64,000 nucleotides of DNA from an uncultured Chloroflexia bacterium (GCA_963816135.1 CAWFJD010000017.1:1128128-1192127); one strand, 5' to 3'; counted from the first letter of the stretch, positions 18,226-27,642 are shown. The notes: generated from the sequence alone by a model not told the origin. Numbers and translations are program-made.

Positions 18226-18275
18226 CCCTCGCCCGTCGGATCGCTGTCCGGCTCGCGCGAGTCGGATGCGGCGAT

Positions 18276-20543
18276 CTAGGCCGCCGGCCGACGATCCAAG
18301 GCCACAGCGAGCGGCTGCGGACGGCCGAAGAGGTAGCCCTGACCGAAACCGACGCCTAACGTGGCGAGCATGTCCGCCTCCGCTTCTGTCTCAACGCCCT
18401 CGGCCAGGACCGCGCAACCGACGTTGGATGCGAATCCCACGATGCTTCCGACCAGGGCCCGCTTGGCGGGATCGTCGTCCACGCCGCGGACCAGCACGAT
18501 GTCGAGCTTGAGGATGTCGGGCTCGATTTCGAGAATGTGCCGGAGGCCGGCGTAGCCGGCGCCCACGTCGTCCACCGCGATCCTGGCGCAGCCGCGGAGT
18601 CCGCTCAGCGACGTGCGGAGTTCGACGTAACTCTCGACCGCATCCCGCTCCGTGATCTCGATCACGACCGGGCATCGCGCCTGTTCCAGCAGGCCTCCGA
18701 TGCCGCCGCCGGTGACCAGTTCGGGCGACGCGTTCAGGCTGAGGTAGGTGCCCGCCGGCAAGCCGGCCGCGGACCCAAGAGCGGCATCGATCGTCACGCG
18801 TTCAAGCGCGACACCCAGCCCGGCTCGCGCCGCCTGGGCGAAGCGCACGTCGGGCGGAACGCCGTCGTCGAACCGGGTAAGCGCTTCGTGCCCGACGATC
18901 CGCCGCGTCGCGAGGTCGATGATCGGCTGGAACACGATCCGAAACGCACGAGCTTCAATGATCTGCGCCAGCTCCTGACGTACGGTTCGCTCGCGCGCCC
19001 GCGCCTCCAGCTTCGCTCCGAGGATGGCACCGGCGAGCAGGCCGAACTGGCGCGCGGTCTCGACCCGCTCCTCACGGACGTCGCTCCGGCCGTCGACCGA
19101 AGCGAGGCTGATCCTGCCGAGCAGGCGCTCGCCGAACAGGACCGGACCGCTGCAGGCCATGTGGAGGCCGCCTCCTCGAAGCGCCCCGGCCCACGGATCC
19201 GAGCGGTCCTCGAGCGACTCGTACCAGGCGCCAACCATGGCTCGTGTGCGAAAGTCGGCGGCGACTTCGGCGGGCTGGGTTTCCCCGATGACGGCGCCGG
19301 GCACCGGGCCCACCTGGGCAAGCAGCGTGCTGCTGCCGTCCTCTTCGAACGCGAGAATGGCCGCCTGGGCAACCCCCTCGGCCTCGACCGCGAGCTCGCA
19401 GATCCGGCGTGCCATATCCTCCACCGTTCCGCTCGCGTCGAACCGGACGAGCGAGGTCAGCACCAGCGAGCGGTGACGGATCTCGCGGGCGAGCTCGCCG
19501 GCGGCTGCGATCGACTCGGCGTGGGCGGCGCGCTCGCGGATCACGAGCAGCCACTGACGTACGAGCGCGAGCACGACGACGGTCACCGCTGTGACCTCCA
19601 CGAGGGGCTCGGCGGGCGTGGAGTGGGCAAGCACGATGGCCACGACCGATCCGCCGACGGCGAGGAGCGGATAGACGTCGACCATCGTCCGCCCGTAGCG
19701 ATCCAGGGCGGCCGTCGGTTGGGGTCGACGGTTCCACGTTACGCAGCCCCAGGCCACGCTCAGGATGGCCACGGAGAACCCCCAATCCAGGGGCGTGACT
19801 GGCGCGGTCCGTCCGCCGACGAGCATGTCGAGCCAGAGCAGCCACATCGCGCCGAGAAGGAGGAGGCCGTCAAGCACGGCGTAGGGGCCCCACACGGACG
19901 GCGTCAGTCCGCCGGCGAACAGGACGAGGTAGCCGGCGGCTGAGCACGCGACGAACGCCAGCGCCACCGCCGCGGCGGCGGGTATCGCGGGATCGGGATG
20001 GGGCATGAGAATGAGCGGCTGCCAGGCCGGAGCGAGCACGCAGGCTATGGCTCCGGTCACGATCAGGTAATCGAGGACGAGTTGTCCGAGCGTCGCGCGA
20101 TCGAGGTAGGCCGCGAACGCCCGGAGGAGGACGACCGCCGCGATCGCGAGCGCGATAAGCAGCAGGATCGCCGCCGGACCACCCGCCATCGCCTCCGAGT
20201 CGGGCGCGATTCCCCACGCGGCCATCCCGACGCTCCCCACGCCGAAGGCGAGAGCCAGGCCGCCCGGCAGCCAGCGCCGCCCGGCTCGTGCGGCGCGCCA
20301 CATCACAAGCATCGCGATCAAGGCCGCGACCGTCGTCGCGACTTGCTGGAACACGTCGAGGGGAACGGCCCAGGATCGTGGGCCCAGAGCGGCTCCGACT
20401 GCGGTAATAGAGATAGCCACGAGGGCAGCAAGGAGGGATCGACTTGCCAGACGGAGCGCCCTCGGGGAGAGGGACGGCTCCGCGCTTGGGATCCCGATGG
20501 AGCCGTCCTGGCGCATCACCGGCCGTCTCGCGTCGCGAAGCAC
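18276..20543 (-). CDS. Membrane-anchored EAL-domain protein (putative c-di-GMP phosphodiesterase) with a central sensor-like domain
   Basis: 755 aa. The N-terminal ~300 aa are polytopic. The C-terminal EAL domain has the motifs QPIIDL...GHEALTRF, ...EITERD..., ...DDVGAGYAGLRHILEIEPDILKLD... and GVETEAEADMLATLG. Confidence 0.8.
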   Translation of the reverse strand: MLRDARRPVMRQDGSIGIPSAEPSLSPRALRLASRSLLAALVAISITAVGAALGPRSWAVPLDVFQQVATTVAALIAMLVMWRAARAGRRWLPGGLALAFGVGSVGMAAWGIAPDSEAMAGGPAAILLLIALAIAAVVLLRAFAAYLDRATLGQLVLDYLIVTGAIACVLAPAWQPLILMPHPDPAIPAAAAVALAFVACSAAGYLVLFAGGLTPSVWGPYAVLDGLLLLGAMWLLWLDMLVGGRTAPVTPLDWGFSVAILSVAWGCVTWNRRPQPTAALDRYGRTMVDVYPLLAVGGSVVAIVLAHSTPAEPLVEVTAVTVVVLALVRQWLLVIRERAAHAESIAAAGELAREIRHRSLVLTSLVRFDASGTVEDMARRICELAVEAEGVAQAAILAFEEDGSSTLLAQVGPVPGAVIGETQPAEVAADFRTRAMVGAWYESLEDRSDPWAGALRGGGLHMACSGPVLFGERLLGRISLASVDGRSDVREERVETARQFGLLAGAILGAKLEARARERTVRQELAQIIEARAFRIVFQPIIDLATRRIVGHEALTRFDDGVPPDVRFAQAARAGLGVALERVTIDAALGSAAGLPAGTYLSLNASPELVTGGGIGGLLEQARCPVVIEITERDAVESYVELRTSLSGLRGCARIAVDDVGAGYAGLRHILEIEPDILKLDIVLVRGVDDDPAKRALVGSIVGFASNVGCAVLAEGVETEAEADMLATLGVGFGQGYLFGRPQPLAVALDRRPAA

Positions 20544-21010
20544 TCGCGCATGACGGCGCCGCCCCGGTGGCGCGCGCTATTCACACCGGTTCCGGCGAGC
20601 GGGGGACGACGACAGCGCTGGAATGACCGCATGAGGAGGCTTCGGCTGGAGACGGTGATGCTTGACCCCGCGACCGACCCCTGGCCCGCCCGGCAATCGG
20701 GCGGGTGACCGACGCGGGCCGCACTCCGGGCACCAGGCTCTCTGGCCAGCCGCCAAATGGGTCCGTTGCGGGCCCGGCCACAATCGCCTACCCAATCGGA
20801 ACACCGACTGCCCATTCGTGGAGGTGCGCGGGGAGGTGTTCTCGCTATCCGCAACGCTCCGATCGCGCATGGAACGACCCTTGAGGGTGGCTGCCACCTC
20901 GATCGATCGTATGGACTCAACCCAGTGGTCAACGAGCCGAGGCCCGGAAAGCCCGTCGACGACGGCATTCGCGGCCACGCTCTCATCCAGTGTCCTCAGG
21001 AGGATGAGCC

Positions 21011-23572
21011 ATGACGGCTGTCAGAAGCCGTGTTGTCAGGACGATCGGCTGCGGGATCGCGAGCCTGCTGATGGTGGCCGCGCTGCCTTTGGCGGCCTTC
21101 GCCGTGACGCCTGTCGTAACCCAATACGCGATGTCGCCTTCGCCCATCGCCGCGCCCGCTTCCCTTGCCGCGGGCGCAAACGTTTCGATCACCGTGTCGG
21201 CCGAAACGGCCACCAATAGTCTGGTTCCCGGCGCGGTCATCTTCCTGTCGTTCACCCAGGCGACTGGAGGCGGAACGGCCTCCGTCGGCACGACGAGCCT
21301 CGGCAAGACGCCCGTTGCCTTCACCGCGGCATCGGGCACGGTGACGGTCACGTACACCGCCCCGGCCGTGTTGCCGGCTAACGGCCGTGACACGCTCAAG
21401 GCCGCCGACGCCAAGTCGCTGCCCACGATTTCGACCACGGACACCTACGACTTCGCCGCGCCGCTCAGCTACGTGTGGTCGCCGGATCCGATCGCCGCGC
21501 CCGGTTCCGTGGCTGCGGGTAGCACGGTTTCACTCACCGTGACCGCGGAGAACGCGACGGCCGCCCCGGTCCCGAACGCGACGGTCTATCTGTCCTTCGT
21601 CCCGGCGACAGGCGGCGGTTCGGCGACGGTGGGTACCACTGCCCTGACCGCCACGCCGACGGCCTTCGTGGTTGGGGCTACGGGCCAGCTCGCGGTCACC
21701 TACCAGGCGCCTGTGGCGTTGCCGGCAAGCGGCACCGACACGATCGCGGCCCAGCAGACGCCCACGAGCGCCAAGCGGACCGACAGCTACTCCTTCGGAA
21801 CGCTGGGCTCGATCACGTTCTCTCCCAGCCCAATCGCAGCCGCGGGTTCGCTGACGCCCGGGCAAACCGTGGCGGTCACACTCGAGGCCAAGGATGTCGG
21901 CGGTAATCCCGTTGCCGGCCAGGCGCTCTTCCTCACCTTCGTGCCGGGGGCCAATGGCGGCACGGCGATGTTCGGGACTCGGGCGCTCTCGGCGACGCCG
22001 ATTCAAATCAAGACAGACAGCGCCGGCCAGGTGGTGATTCAGTACGCGGCCCCGACCATGGCGGGTGCGACCGGCACCGATACCCTCACGGCCGGCGACG
22101 CCAAGACCAGCCCGACCTTGTCGGCAACCGACAACTACAGCGCCTCGGCGGGTAGCGGCGGGCCCGGTCCGCTCAACCACCTGGTCCTGAGCCCGGCACA
22201 CGCGACCGTGAACCCAGGAGTGGCCCAGGCTTACACCGCTGCCGGTTTCGACGCCAACGGCGTCGCTCTCGGCGACGTGACCTCGGCTACCACCTTCACG
22301 ATCGCCGGCGGCACGTGCACGGCCAACTCCTGCACGGCCACGGCGGCCGGAGATCATACGGTCACTGGCACGGATGGCTCCGCGACCGGCACCGCGACAC
22401 TTACAGTCAGCGGCGTTCTCGGGGCGGTTTCCGGCGATACCTACCATCCAGTTACCCCCGTCCGTCTCCTGGACACCCGGGCCGGCAACGGCCACTCGGG
22501 GCAGCTCGTGGCCAACACTCCCATCACGTTCCAGATCACGGGCCGCGGCATCCCGGCCGGAGCCACCGCGGTCACCGGCAACCTCGCCGTGACGGGTTCG
22601 AGCGCGTCCTGGGCCGTCTACCTGGGCCCAGATCCGGTCGCCTCACCTTCCAGCTCGACGATCAACTTCGAGAAGGGTCAGACCACGGCAAACGGACTGA
22701 CCGTCGCGTTGAGTTCCACAGGCTCCCTATCGGCGACATACATATCCACCGCGGGCAACACGACCGACCTCGTGTTCGACGTGACGGGTTACTTCACGAC
22801 CGATACGACGGGAGCCACCTACCACCCGATGGACCCGGCTCGCCTTCTCGATACCCGAGCGGGCAACGGTCTCTCGACCCGGCTGAGCGCCAACACGCCG
22901 GTGACCTTCCAGATCACCGGCCGCGGCGGGGTGCCGGCTGGCGCCACGGCGATTACCGCCAACGTCACCATTGTCGATGAGACGGCCGCCTGGGCGGTCT
23001 ACGTTGGCCCGATCCCGACCGCCAGCCCGACCACTTCGACCATCAACTTCAATGCCGGCGACGTCAAGGACAACAACTTGACCGTGGAACTGGGAAGTGG
23101 CGGCACCTTGTCTGCCACCTATCTGTCGAACGCGGGCAACACCACGGATCTGGTTCTCGATGTGACCGGCTACTACACCGCGGACCTCACCGGTTCGGAG
23201 TTCGTGCCGATCACCCCGACCAGGCTCCTGGACACTCGCTCCGGCAACGGCTTGTCCGGCATGTTTAGCGCCAACACCCCGCGATCCTTCCAGGTGGGCG
23301 GTCGCGGCGGCATACCGGCAAGCGCCACGGGCGTGACCGGGAACGTCGCCGTGGTCAACGAGACGGCCTCCTGGGCCGTCTTCGTGGGGCCCGATCCGAT
23401 GGCCAGCCCAACAACTTCAACGCTCAACTTCATCGCGGGCCAGGTGGTCGCGAACGGGATGACCGTGGCTCTCGGGTCCGGCGGAACCCTCAGCCCAACC
23501 TACATCTCCACGGCGGGCAACACCGCCGATCTGGTCTTCGACGCCACGGGCTACTTCGTGGCAGCGGGCTAA
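21011..23572 (+). CDS. Secreted protein: signal peptide, 3 Ig-like (Big-type) repeats, a Big_2-like domain, and a C-terminal triple ~126-aa repeat module
   Basis: 853 aa. The signal peptide is MTAVRSRVVRTIGCGIASLLMVAALPLAAFA. There are three ~115-aa units of the form SP.PIAA.GS...G..V..TV.A.......PV.....FLSF....GG..A.VGTT.L..TP......G...V.Y.AP......G.DT, then a Big_2-like segment. The protein ends in three repeats that each begin YHP.TP.RLLDTR.GNG and end DLVFDVTGYF. Confidence 0.75.
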   Translation: MTAVRSRVVRTIGCGIASLLMVAALPLAAFAVTPVVTQYAMSPSPIAAPASLAAGANVSITVSAETATNSLVPGAVIFLSFTQATGGGTASVGTTSLGKTPVAFTAASGTVTVTYTAPAVLPANGRDTLKAADAKSLPTISTTDTYDFAAPLSYVWSPDPIAAPGSVAAGSTVSLTVTAENATAAPVPNATVYLSFVPATGGGSATVGTTALTATPTAFVVGATGQLAVTYQAPVALPASGTDTIAAQQTPTSAKRTDSYSFGTLGSITFSPSPIAAAGSLTPGQTVAVTLEAKDVGGNPVAGQALFLTFVPGANGGTAMFGTRALSATPIQIKTDSAGQVVIQYAAPTMAGATGTDTLTAGDAKTSPTLSATDNYSASAGSGGPGPLNHLVLSPAHATVNPGVAQAYTAAGFDANGVALGDVTSATTFTIAGGTCTANSCTATAAGDHTVTGTDGSATGTATLTVSGVLGAVSGDTYHPVTPVRLLDTRAGNGHSGQLVANTPITFQITGRGIPAGATAVTGNLAVTGSSASWAVYLGPDPVASPSSSTINFEKGQTTANGLTVALSSTGSLSATYISTAGNTTDLVFDVTGYFTTDTTGATYHPMDPARLLDTRAGNGLSTRLSANTPVTFQITGRGGVPAGATAITANVTIVDETAAWAVYVGPIPTASPTTSTINFNAGDVKDNNLTVELGSGGTLSATYLSNAGNTTDLVLDVTGYYTADLTGSEFVPITPTRLLDTRSGNGLSGMFSANTPRSFQVGGRGGIPASATGVTGNVAVVNETASWAVFVGPDPMASPTTSTLNFIAGQVVANGMTVALGSGGTLSPTYISTAGNTADLVFDATGYFVAAG
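22439..23569 (+). repeat. C-terminal tandem triplet of an uncharacterised ~126-aa domain (copies 1-3 of 9 in the window)
   Basis: The per-repeat consensus is [YF].P..P.R.LDTR.G.G........P.TF...G..G.P..A.AVTGN.TV......W.V..GP.......STINF..G....N.LTV.L...G.LSATY.S..G...DLV.DVTGY[FY]. It was read directly from the translation. Confidence 0.7.
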
Positions 23573-23668
23573 CCGCCACAACGCCTTGGAGTGACTAATG
23601 ACGGCGCCGGTCCAGGCGATGAGCGGGACCGGCGCTGTCATTACCTGGTATACCGGCCGGAGCCTGGC

Positions 23669-24196
23669 CTAGCCTCCGGCGGCGGCGGTGTCGCTGCGAT
23701 AGGCAGTCGGCACGGCGGCTGGATCGGTGTCCTCTCCGAGGGCCTCGACCGCCTCGCGGATCTGTCGGTCTTCGGTCTCGCAAAGATCGACGAAACGGAA
23801 GGCGACCAGATGCTGCGTAAGCCGCGGCGACGAGCTCAGCTCGTCCACCCGGACCACCTGGGCGCGGCAGTCCAGCGCTTCGTGGGGAGTCAGTTGCACT
23901 TCGACCCGGAACACCCCGCCGACTTCGAGCGGCGCGGAGGTCAGGCACACGAAGCCGCCCCGGCTGATGTTCGTCGTCCGCACGGCGAGCAACGGCCTGT
24001 CCGCGGACAGATGCAAGTACGCAGGGATGGCGAGCGTAAAGCGTGCGGCCGTACGCCGGTCGGCGTCGTTCTGGTTCGTGGCTGAGCCCTCTCGAGATCT
24101 CTCGGCCGATCGTCTGAGCGCGACTAGCTTAGGCCACGGCGCGGTGACGCGGGAGGGCTGGCGGTACCGGTAACATCCGACCCTTTGGTCCCCCAA
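23669..24196 (-). CDS. PilZ-domain protein (putative c-di-GMP receptor)
   Basis: RRTAAR (RxxxR) followed about 30 residues later by NISRGG (a D/N-x-S-x-x-G motif) and a beta-barrel-like C-terminus. The start codon is uncertain. Confidence 0.55.
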   Translation of the reverse strand: MGDQRVGCYRYRQPSRVTAPWPKLVALRRSAERSREGSATNQNDADRRTAARFTLAIPAYLHLSADRPLLAVRTTNISRGGFVCLTSAPLEVGGVFRVEVQLTPHEALDCRAQVVRVDELSSSPRLTQHLVAFRFVDLCETEDRQIREAVEALGEDTDPAAVPTAYRSDTAAAGG

Positions 24197-24202
24197 TTCG
24201 GA

Positions 24203-25852
24203 CTAGAAGGCCCGGTTCGCGACCAATCGAGCGCCCCAATCCGCCGCCACGGCCGGGAACTCGTTACGGACCTGCGGCCAGCCATGGGTGTAGGCCGAGT
24301 CGATCGCCTTGTACCTGTAGCCGTCGGCCTTGAGCAGCTGCTCGAAGTTGGCGGCCTCCGGGCCGTAGAACGGCTGGCTCGGGTCGGCGACGACGACCAG
24401 ATAAAGGGAGACTCGAACCTGCGGGGCGAGCGTCGAGATCAGGCGCGCCGGCGAGTAGGCGGCAAGAGCAGCCGGCGTAACGAAAGGTCGGGCGGAGTTG
24501 GAATTCGCCGATCCGGCCTCGTAGTAGCCGGAGAACGAGATGGATGTCCCGAAGACGTCAGGGTGTCGAAGAGCGAGCATCGCGGCGCAGAAGCCACCCG
24601 CCGACATGCCCATGATGCCGCGTCCGGCGGGCCGGGCAATCGTCCGGTAATGGGAATCGACATACTCGGGGACGGTCTTAGATATGAACGTTTCCATCTT
24701 CATCTGCCCGTTCGTGGAATTCGCGCACTCGGAATCCGGGAAGGGCGCGCCCCACTCGTCGATGAAGACGACGATCGAGGCCGGCATGGCTCCCGAATCG
24801 ATGAGCGAGTCGAGCGCCGCGGTGGCTCCGGTGCCTTTGTCCCACAACGTGAAGCCGGTGGGTGCCTCATAGAGGACCGGATACGAACGGCTGCCCGCCG
24901 GGTCGTAGCCGGGCGGCGTGTACACCGAGAAATCGGCCACGGTGCGAGTGCCGCCGGTCCAGGGCGCGGGAACGTCGTAGTTGACGACCCGGCCGGCTCC
25001 GGAAGGCCGCCAGGCCAGCCAAGGCCTGCTGCCGCCCGCGGAGCTCCCGGGGGCTGTCGCGCTCCCCGGAGTCGACGTCGAACCGGTGGTCGGACCCGCG
25101 CTCGGGTCAGTTGTGGAACCCACGGTCGGGCCGGTAGTCGCGGTGGCTCCCCCACCTCCGTCGCTGGGCCTGCTCGCCGCTGAAGACGGTGCGCCACCCG
25201 ATAGCGGAATCCGCTCCACGCCGCCGAGCATCAGCGCGTCCGGCGAGAGGTTGACCATGTCTCCGAACGCCGGGACGGTCACGACGAGAAGGATGAGGAC
25301 CAGCACGGCCACGATGGGCCGGCGCAGGCTGGCGACCCGGTCGCGGCCCCCGCCGAGGAGTAGGCCCAGATCCGAGCCCGTCGCGATGAGGGCCGGCCGA
25401 AGGGCCACGGCCAGTGTCGCTCCGGCCGCCGCGGCGAGGGTCCCGATCACGGCCAGCGTGGCCAGCGTAACGATCCAGCCGCCCGGCGAGAAAGATCCCA
25501 GCGCGCCCGTGGCAGCCAGCGCGTTCTGCGTTTCCGCCACGAACGTCTGGAGGTACAGGGCCGCGACGCCCGCGATCCCCAGCAGCGTGGCAAATCGGGT
25601 CCGCGGTGCCGCAAGGGCCGCCATGGCCGCGACGACGGCGCCCACGACGAGAGCCGTGATCAGCTGGGCGCGGTCCGGATCGAAGCCCATGACGACGAGC
25701 GCCACGTCCGACGACTCGACGGTACCGGAAACCACCGCTCCGACGACGACGACGGCCGCGAGCAGGATGCCTGCCAGCGTCGACGGCGAAAAGGTGGACG
25801 AGCGCGCGTCTCGACGGCGATCGGGGTTGGGCCGCCAGCTCGCCTGGCTCAC
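24203..25852 (-). CDS. Membrane-anchored esterase (esterase-D / Ag85-like alpha/beta hydrolase) with a Pro/Gly/Thr-rich linker
   Basis: The C-terminal ~300 aa read YPVLYEAPTGF...GIMGMSAGGFCAAMLALRHPDVFGTSISFSG... (GxSxG nucleophile), a putative-esterase family fold. The N-terminus has about five TM helices. The inferred GTG start at 25852 overlaps the stop (25849) of the upstream DUF2156 gene (GTGA). Confidence 0.7.
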   Translation of the reverse strand: MSQASWRPNPDRRRDARSSTFSPSTLAGILLAAVVVVGAVVSGTVESSDVALVVMGFDPDRAQLITALVVGAVVAAMAALAAPRTRFATLLGIAGVAALYLQTFVAETQNALAATGALGSFSPGGWIVTLATLAVIGTLAAAAGATLAVALRPALIATGSDLGLLLGGGRDRVASLRRPIVAVLVLILLVVTVPAFGDMVNLSPDALMLGGVERIPLSGGAPSSAASRPSDGGGGATATTGPTVGSTTDPSAGPTTGSTSTPGSATAPGSSAGGSRPWLAWRPSGAGRVVNYDVPAPWTGGTRTVADFSVYTPPGYDPAGSRSYPVLYEAPTGFTLWDKGTGATAALDSLIDSGAMPASIVVFIDEWGAPFPDSECANSTNGQMKMETFISKTVPEYVDSHYRTIARPAGRGIMGMSAGGFCAAMLALRHPDVFGTSISFSGYYEAGSANSNSARPFVTPAALAAYSPARLISTLAPQVRVSLYLVVVADPSQPFYGPEAANFEQLLKADGYRYKAIDSAYTHGWPQVRNEFPAVAADWGARLVANRAF

Positions 25853-27642
25853 GTCGCGGCCGCCTGTCTGACGGTCTGCCGTCTCCAGGGCAGGTGTATG
25901 GCATCCGCGACATGCACCCAGAGAAGTCCGGAGACGAACGCGATCAGGTCCCGGCGATAGCGAACAGCTCCATACCTGGGCACCCAGACCGGGTCGAACT
26001 TGCCCTTGAAGAAGGCCAGCCCCTTCACGTCGTACCAGCGCTGGACGAGGCGGCCGCCCGTCGCCAGCAGCCGCTCCTCGAGTGGCCCGTTCGGATCCAG
26101 GCCGGCCAGGGGTGCCAGACCGAGCGAAAGAGAGGACGCGCCCGCGTTTCGGAAACCCGTGGCCGCCTCCGCGATGCATGCCTCGACGACGCCCGGTGGG
26201 CTGCCCGTCATGCGCCTCATGAGATCGAGCACCCAGCTGCCGTCGGCGCCGGTGCGCCGGAAGGTGGCAAAGCCGATCGCCCGGTCATCGGGACCGATCG
26301 CGACCGAGATCGGCTGCCAGCCGATTGAACCCCGCTCGTACCTGCCGATCGTGAACCCCATCTGCGGCCCCGCGCGCTTGCGCCAGTCCGCATCGACTGC
26401 ATCGAGCTGGTCGGCGAGGCGACTCTCCTCGGCCGGAACGCCGGCGGGGAACCAGCGAAAGCGCACGCCATCGCGCTTGCATCGGGTGATCGTGTGGCGC
26501 AGATTCGCCCTGCGGGACCCGCTGGTATCGAACGTCCGCAGGTCGATGACCGCCTCCTCGCCAACCTTGAAGGTGCGAAATCCCAGGGCCGCCAGGCGAC
26601 TTCGGCCGCTGGGACTGGCCTGGTAAACAACCGGGATTCGATCCTGCCTGCGGCTGCGGGCCACGAAATCGGCGAGGAGGCGGATGGCTTCCTCGTCCGG
26701 CCCGATCGGATCTCCGAGGACGACGGCCGTGCGGCCGGCCATTCCATAGACCACAAGGCCATTCGAATCGGGTGGGTCGAAGACGTACTTGTCCTCACCA
26801 AGCTGGAACGGCAGCAGCGCTCCGGAGCCGTAGCGCTCCGCGATGGCTCGGGCCCGCGATCTGGTGGTTGGGTCCGGCGGCGGTTCGGCCACCCGGCTCA
26901 GGACCCCGATCGCCGCAAGCACCATGGGCAACCGCGCCAGCACGATCAGCAGACCCAGCAGGGCATCGCGGCTGGTGGCCTGCAGCACTCGCTGGCCCGC
27001 GTCGTCGCTCAAGCCGAACGCGTTGGCAATCGCCCAGGTGAAGTCGCCTGCGCTCGCGAGAGGCCGCGGCCAGTCGTTGGTGGCGATGATGATCACAGAG
27101 GTTTCTATGGCCAGGGTGATCAGGCTCACGATGAAGAGCCAGATGATGAGGCGTTTCCAGCCAACACCGGTCTGGACCTCATAGCGGCGACGATCGGCGA
27201 GCAGCACCGAGAACGCGATGAACGCGGCGACTACGACGACGGGGTGAGCCAGGAGGTCCGACTGGGCAAGCAGCGCAACGCACAGGGTCACGAGGGTCAA
27301 AACCCAAGCGATCGTCTTGCTTCGAATGAGCCCGACGGTCAGGGCGCCGAGGCCGGCCGCCGAGAGGAGCGCCAGCGCCGGGCTGGCATCGTTGGGGTCG
27401 AATGGCAGGATGCCGTCGAGCGCGTCGGTTGCGGCCTGGAACAGGCCGAACGCGTAGGCCAGGGATGCCAGCGCGCAGACAGCCAGGAAGAGGGCCGGCG
27501 CATAGGTGTAGGCCGTCGCCGCTATTCGGACTGGCAGGCCTCGCCTCCGATGGACAGGCTTCGCCATGCCGTCCCAGCTCCGATTGGTAGGAGCCGCTCG
27601 TCCCCTGACGGGTAGCTTCATCTTCAGAACCAACCACCTCAT
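25849..27642 (-). CDS. Aminoacyl-phosphatidylglycerol synthase-like protein: polytopic N-terminus plus DUF2156 (MprF/LysX C-terminal synthase domain)
   Basis: 597 aa. The N-terminal half has about 6 TM helices. The C-terminal half (LLPFQLGEDKYVFDP...GLVVYGMAGRTAVVLGDPIG...DLMRRMTGSPPGVVEACIAEA...) matches the GNAT-like aa-PG synthase domain of MprF-family enzymes. Confidence 0.7.
   Translation of the reverse strand: MRWLVLKMKLPVRGRAAPTNRSWDGMAKPVHRRRGLPVRIAATAYTYAPALFLAVCALASLAYAFGLFQAATDALDGILPFDPNDASPALALLSAAGLGALTVGLIRSKTIAWVLTLVTLCVALLAQSDLLAHPVVVVAAFIAFSVLLADRRRYEVQTGVGWKRLIIWLFIVSLITLAIETSVIIIATNDWPRPLASAGDFTWAIANAFGLSDDAGQRVLQATSRDALLGLLIVLARLPMVLAAIGVLSRVAEPPPDPTTRSRARAIAERYGSGALLPFQLGEDKYVFDPPDSNGLVVYGMAGRTAVVLGDPIGPDEEAIRLLADFVARSRRQDRIPVVYQASPSGRSRLAALGFRTFKVGEEAVIDLRTFDTSGSRRANLRHTITRCKRDGVRFRWFPAGVPAEESRLADQLDAVDADWRKRAGPQMGFTIGRYERGSIGWQPISVAIGPDDRAIGFATFRRTGADGSWVLDLMRRMTGSPPGVVEACIAEAATGFRNAGASSLSLGLAPLAGLDPNGPLEERLLATGGRLVQRWYDVKGLAFFKGKFDPVWVPRYGAVRYRRDLIAFVSGLLWVHVADAIHLPWRRQTVRQAAAT

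Noticed and set aside
17476-18279. 267-aa plus-strand ORF
   Set aside because: It is antisense to the DUF1801 gene and its composition is low complexity.
18537-19943. 468-aa plus-strand ORF
   Set aside because: It is antisense to the EAL-domain gene. The sequence is Arg/Gly/Asp-rich low complexity with no recognisable domain.
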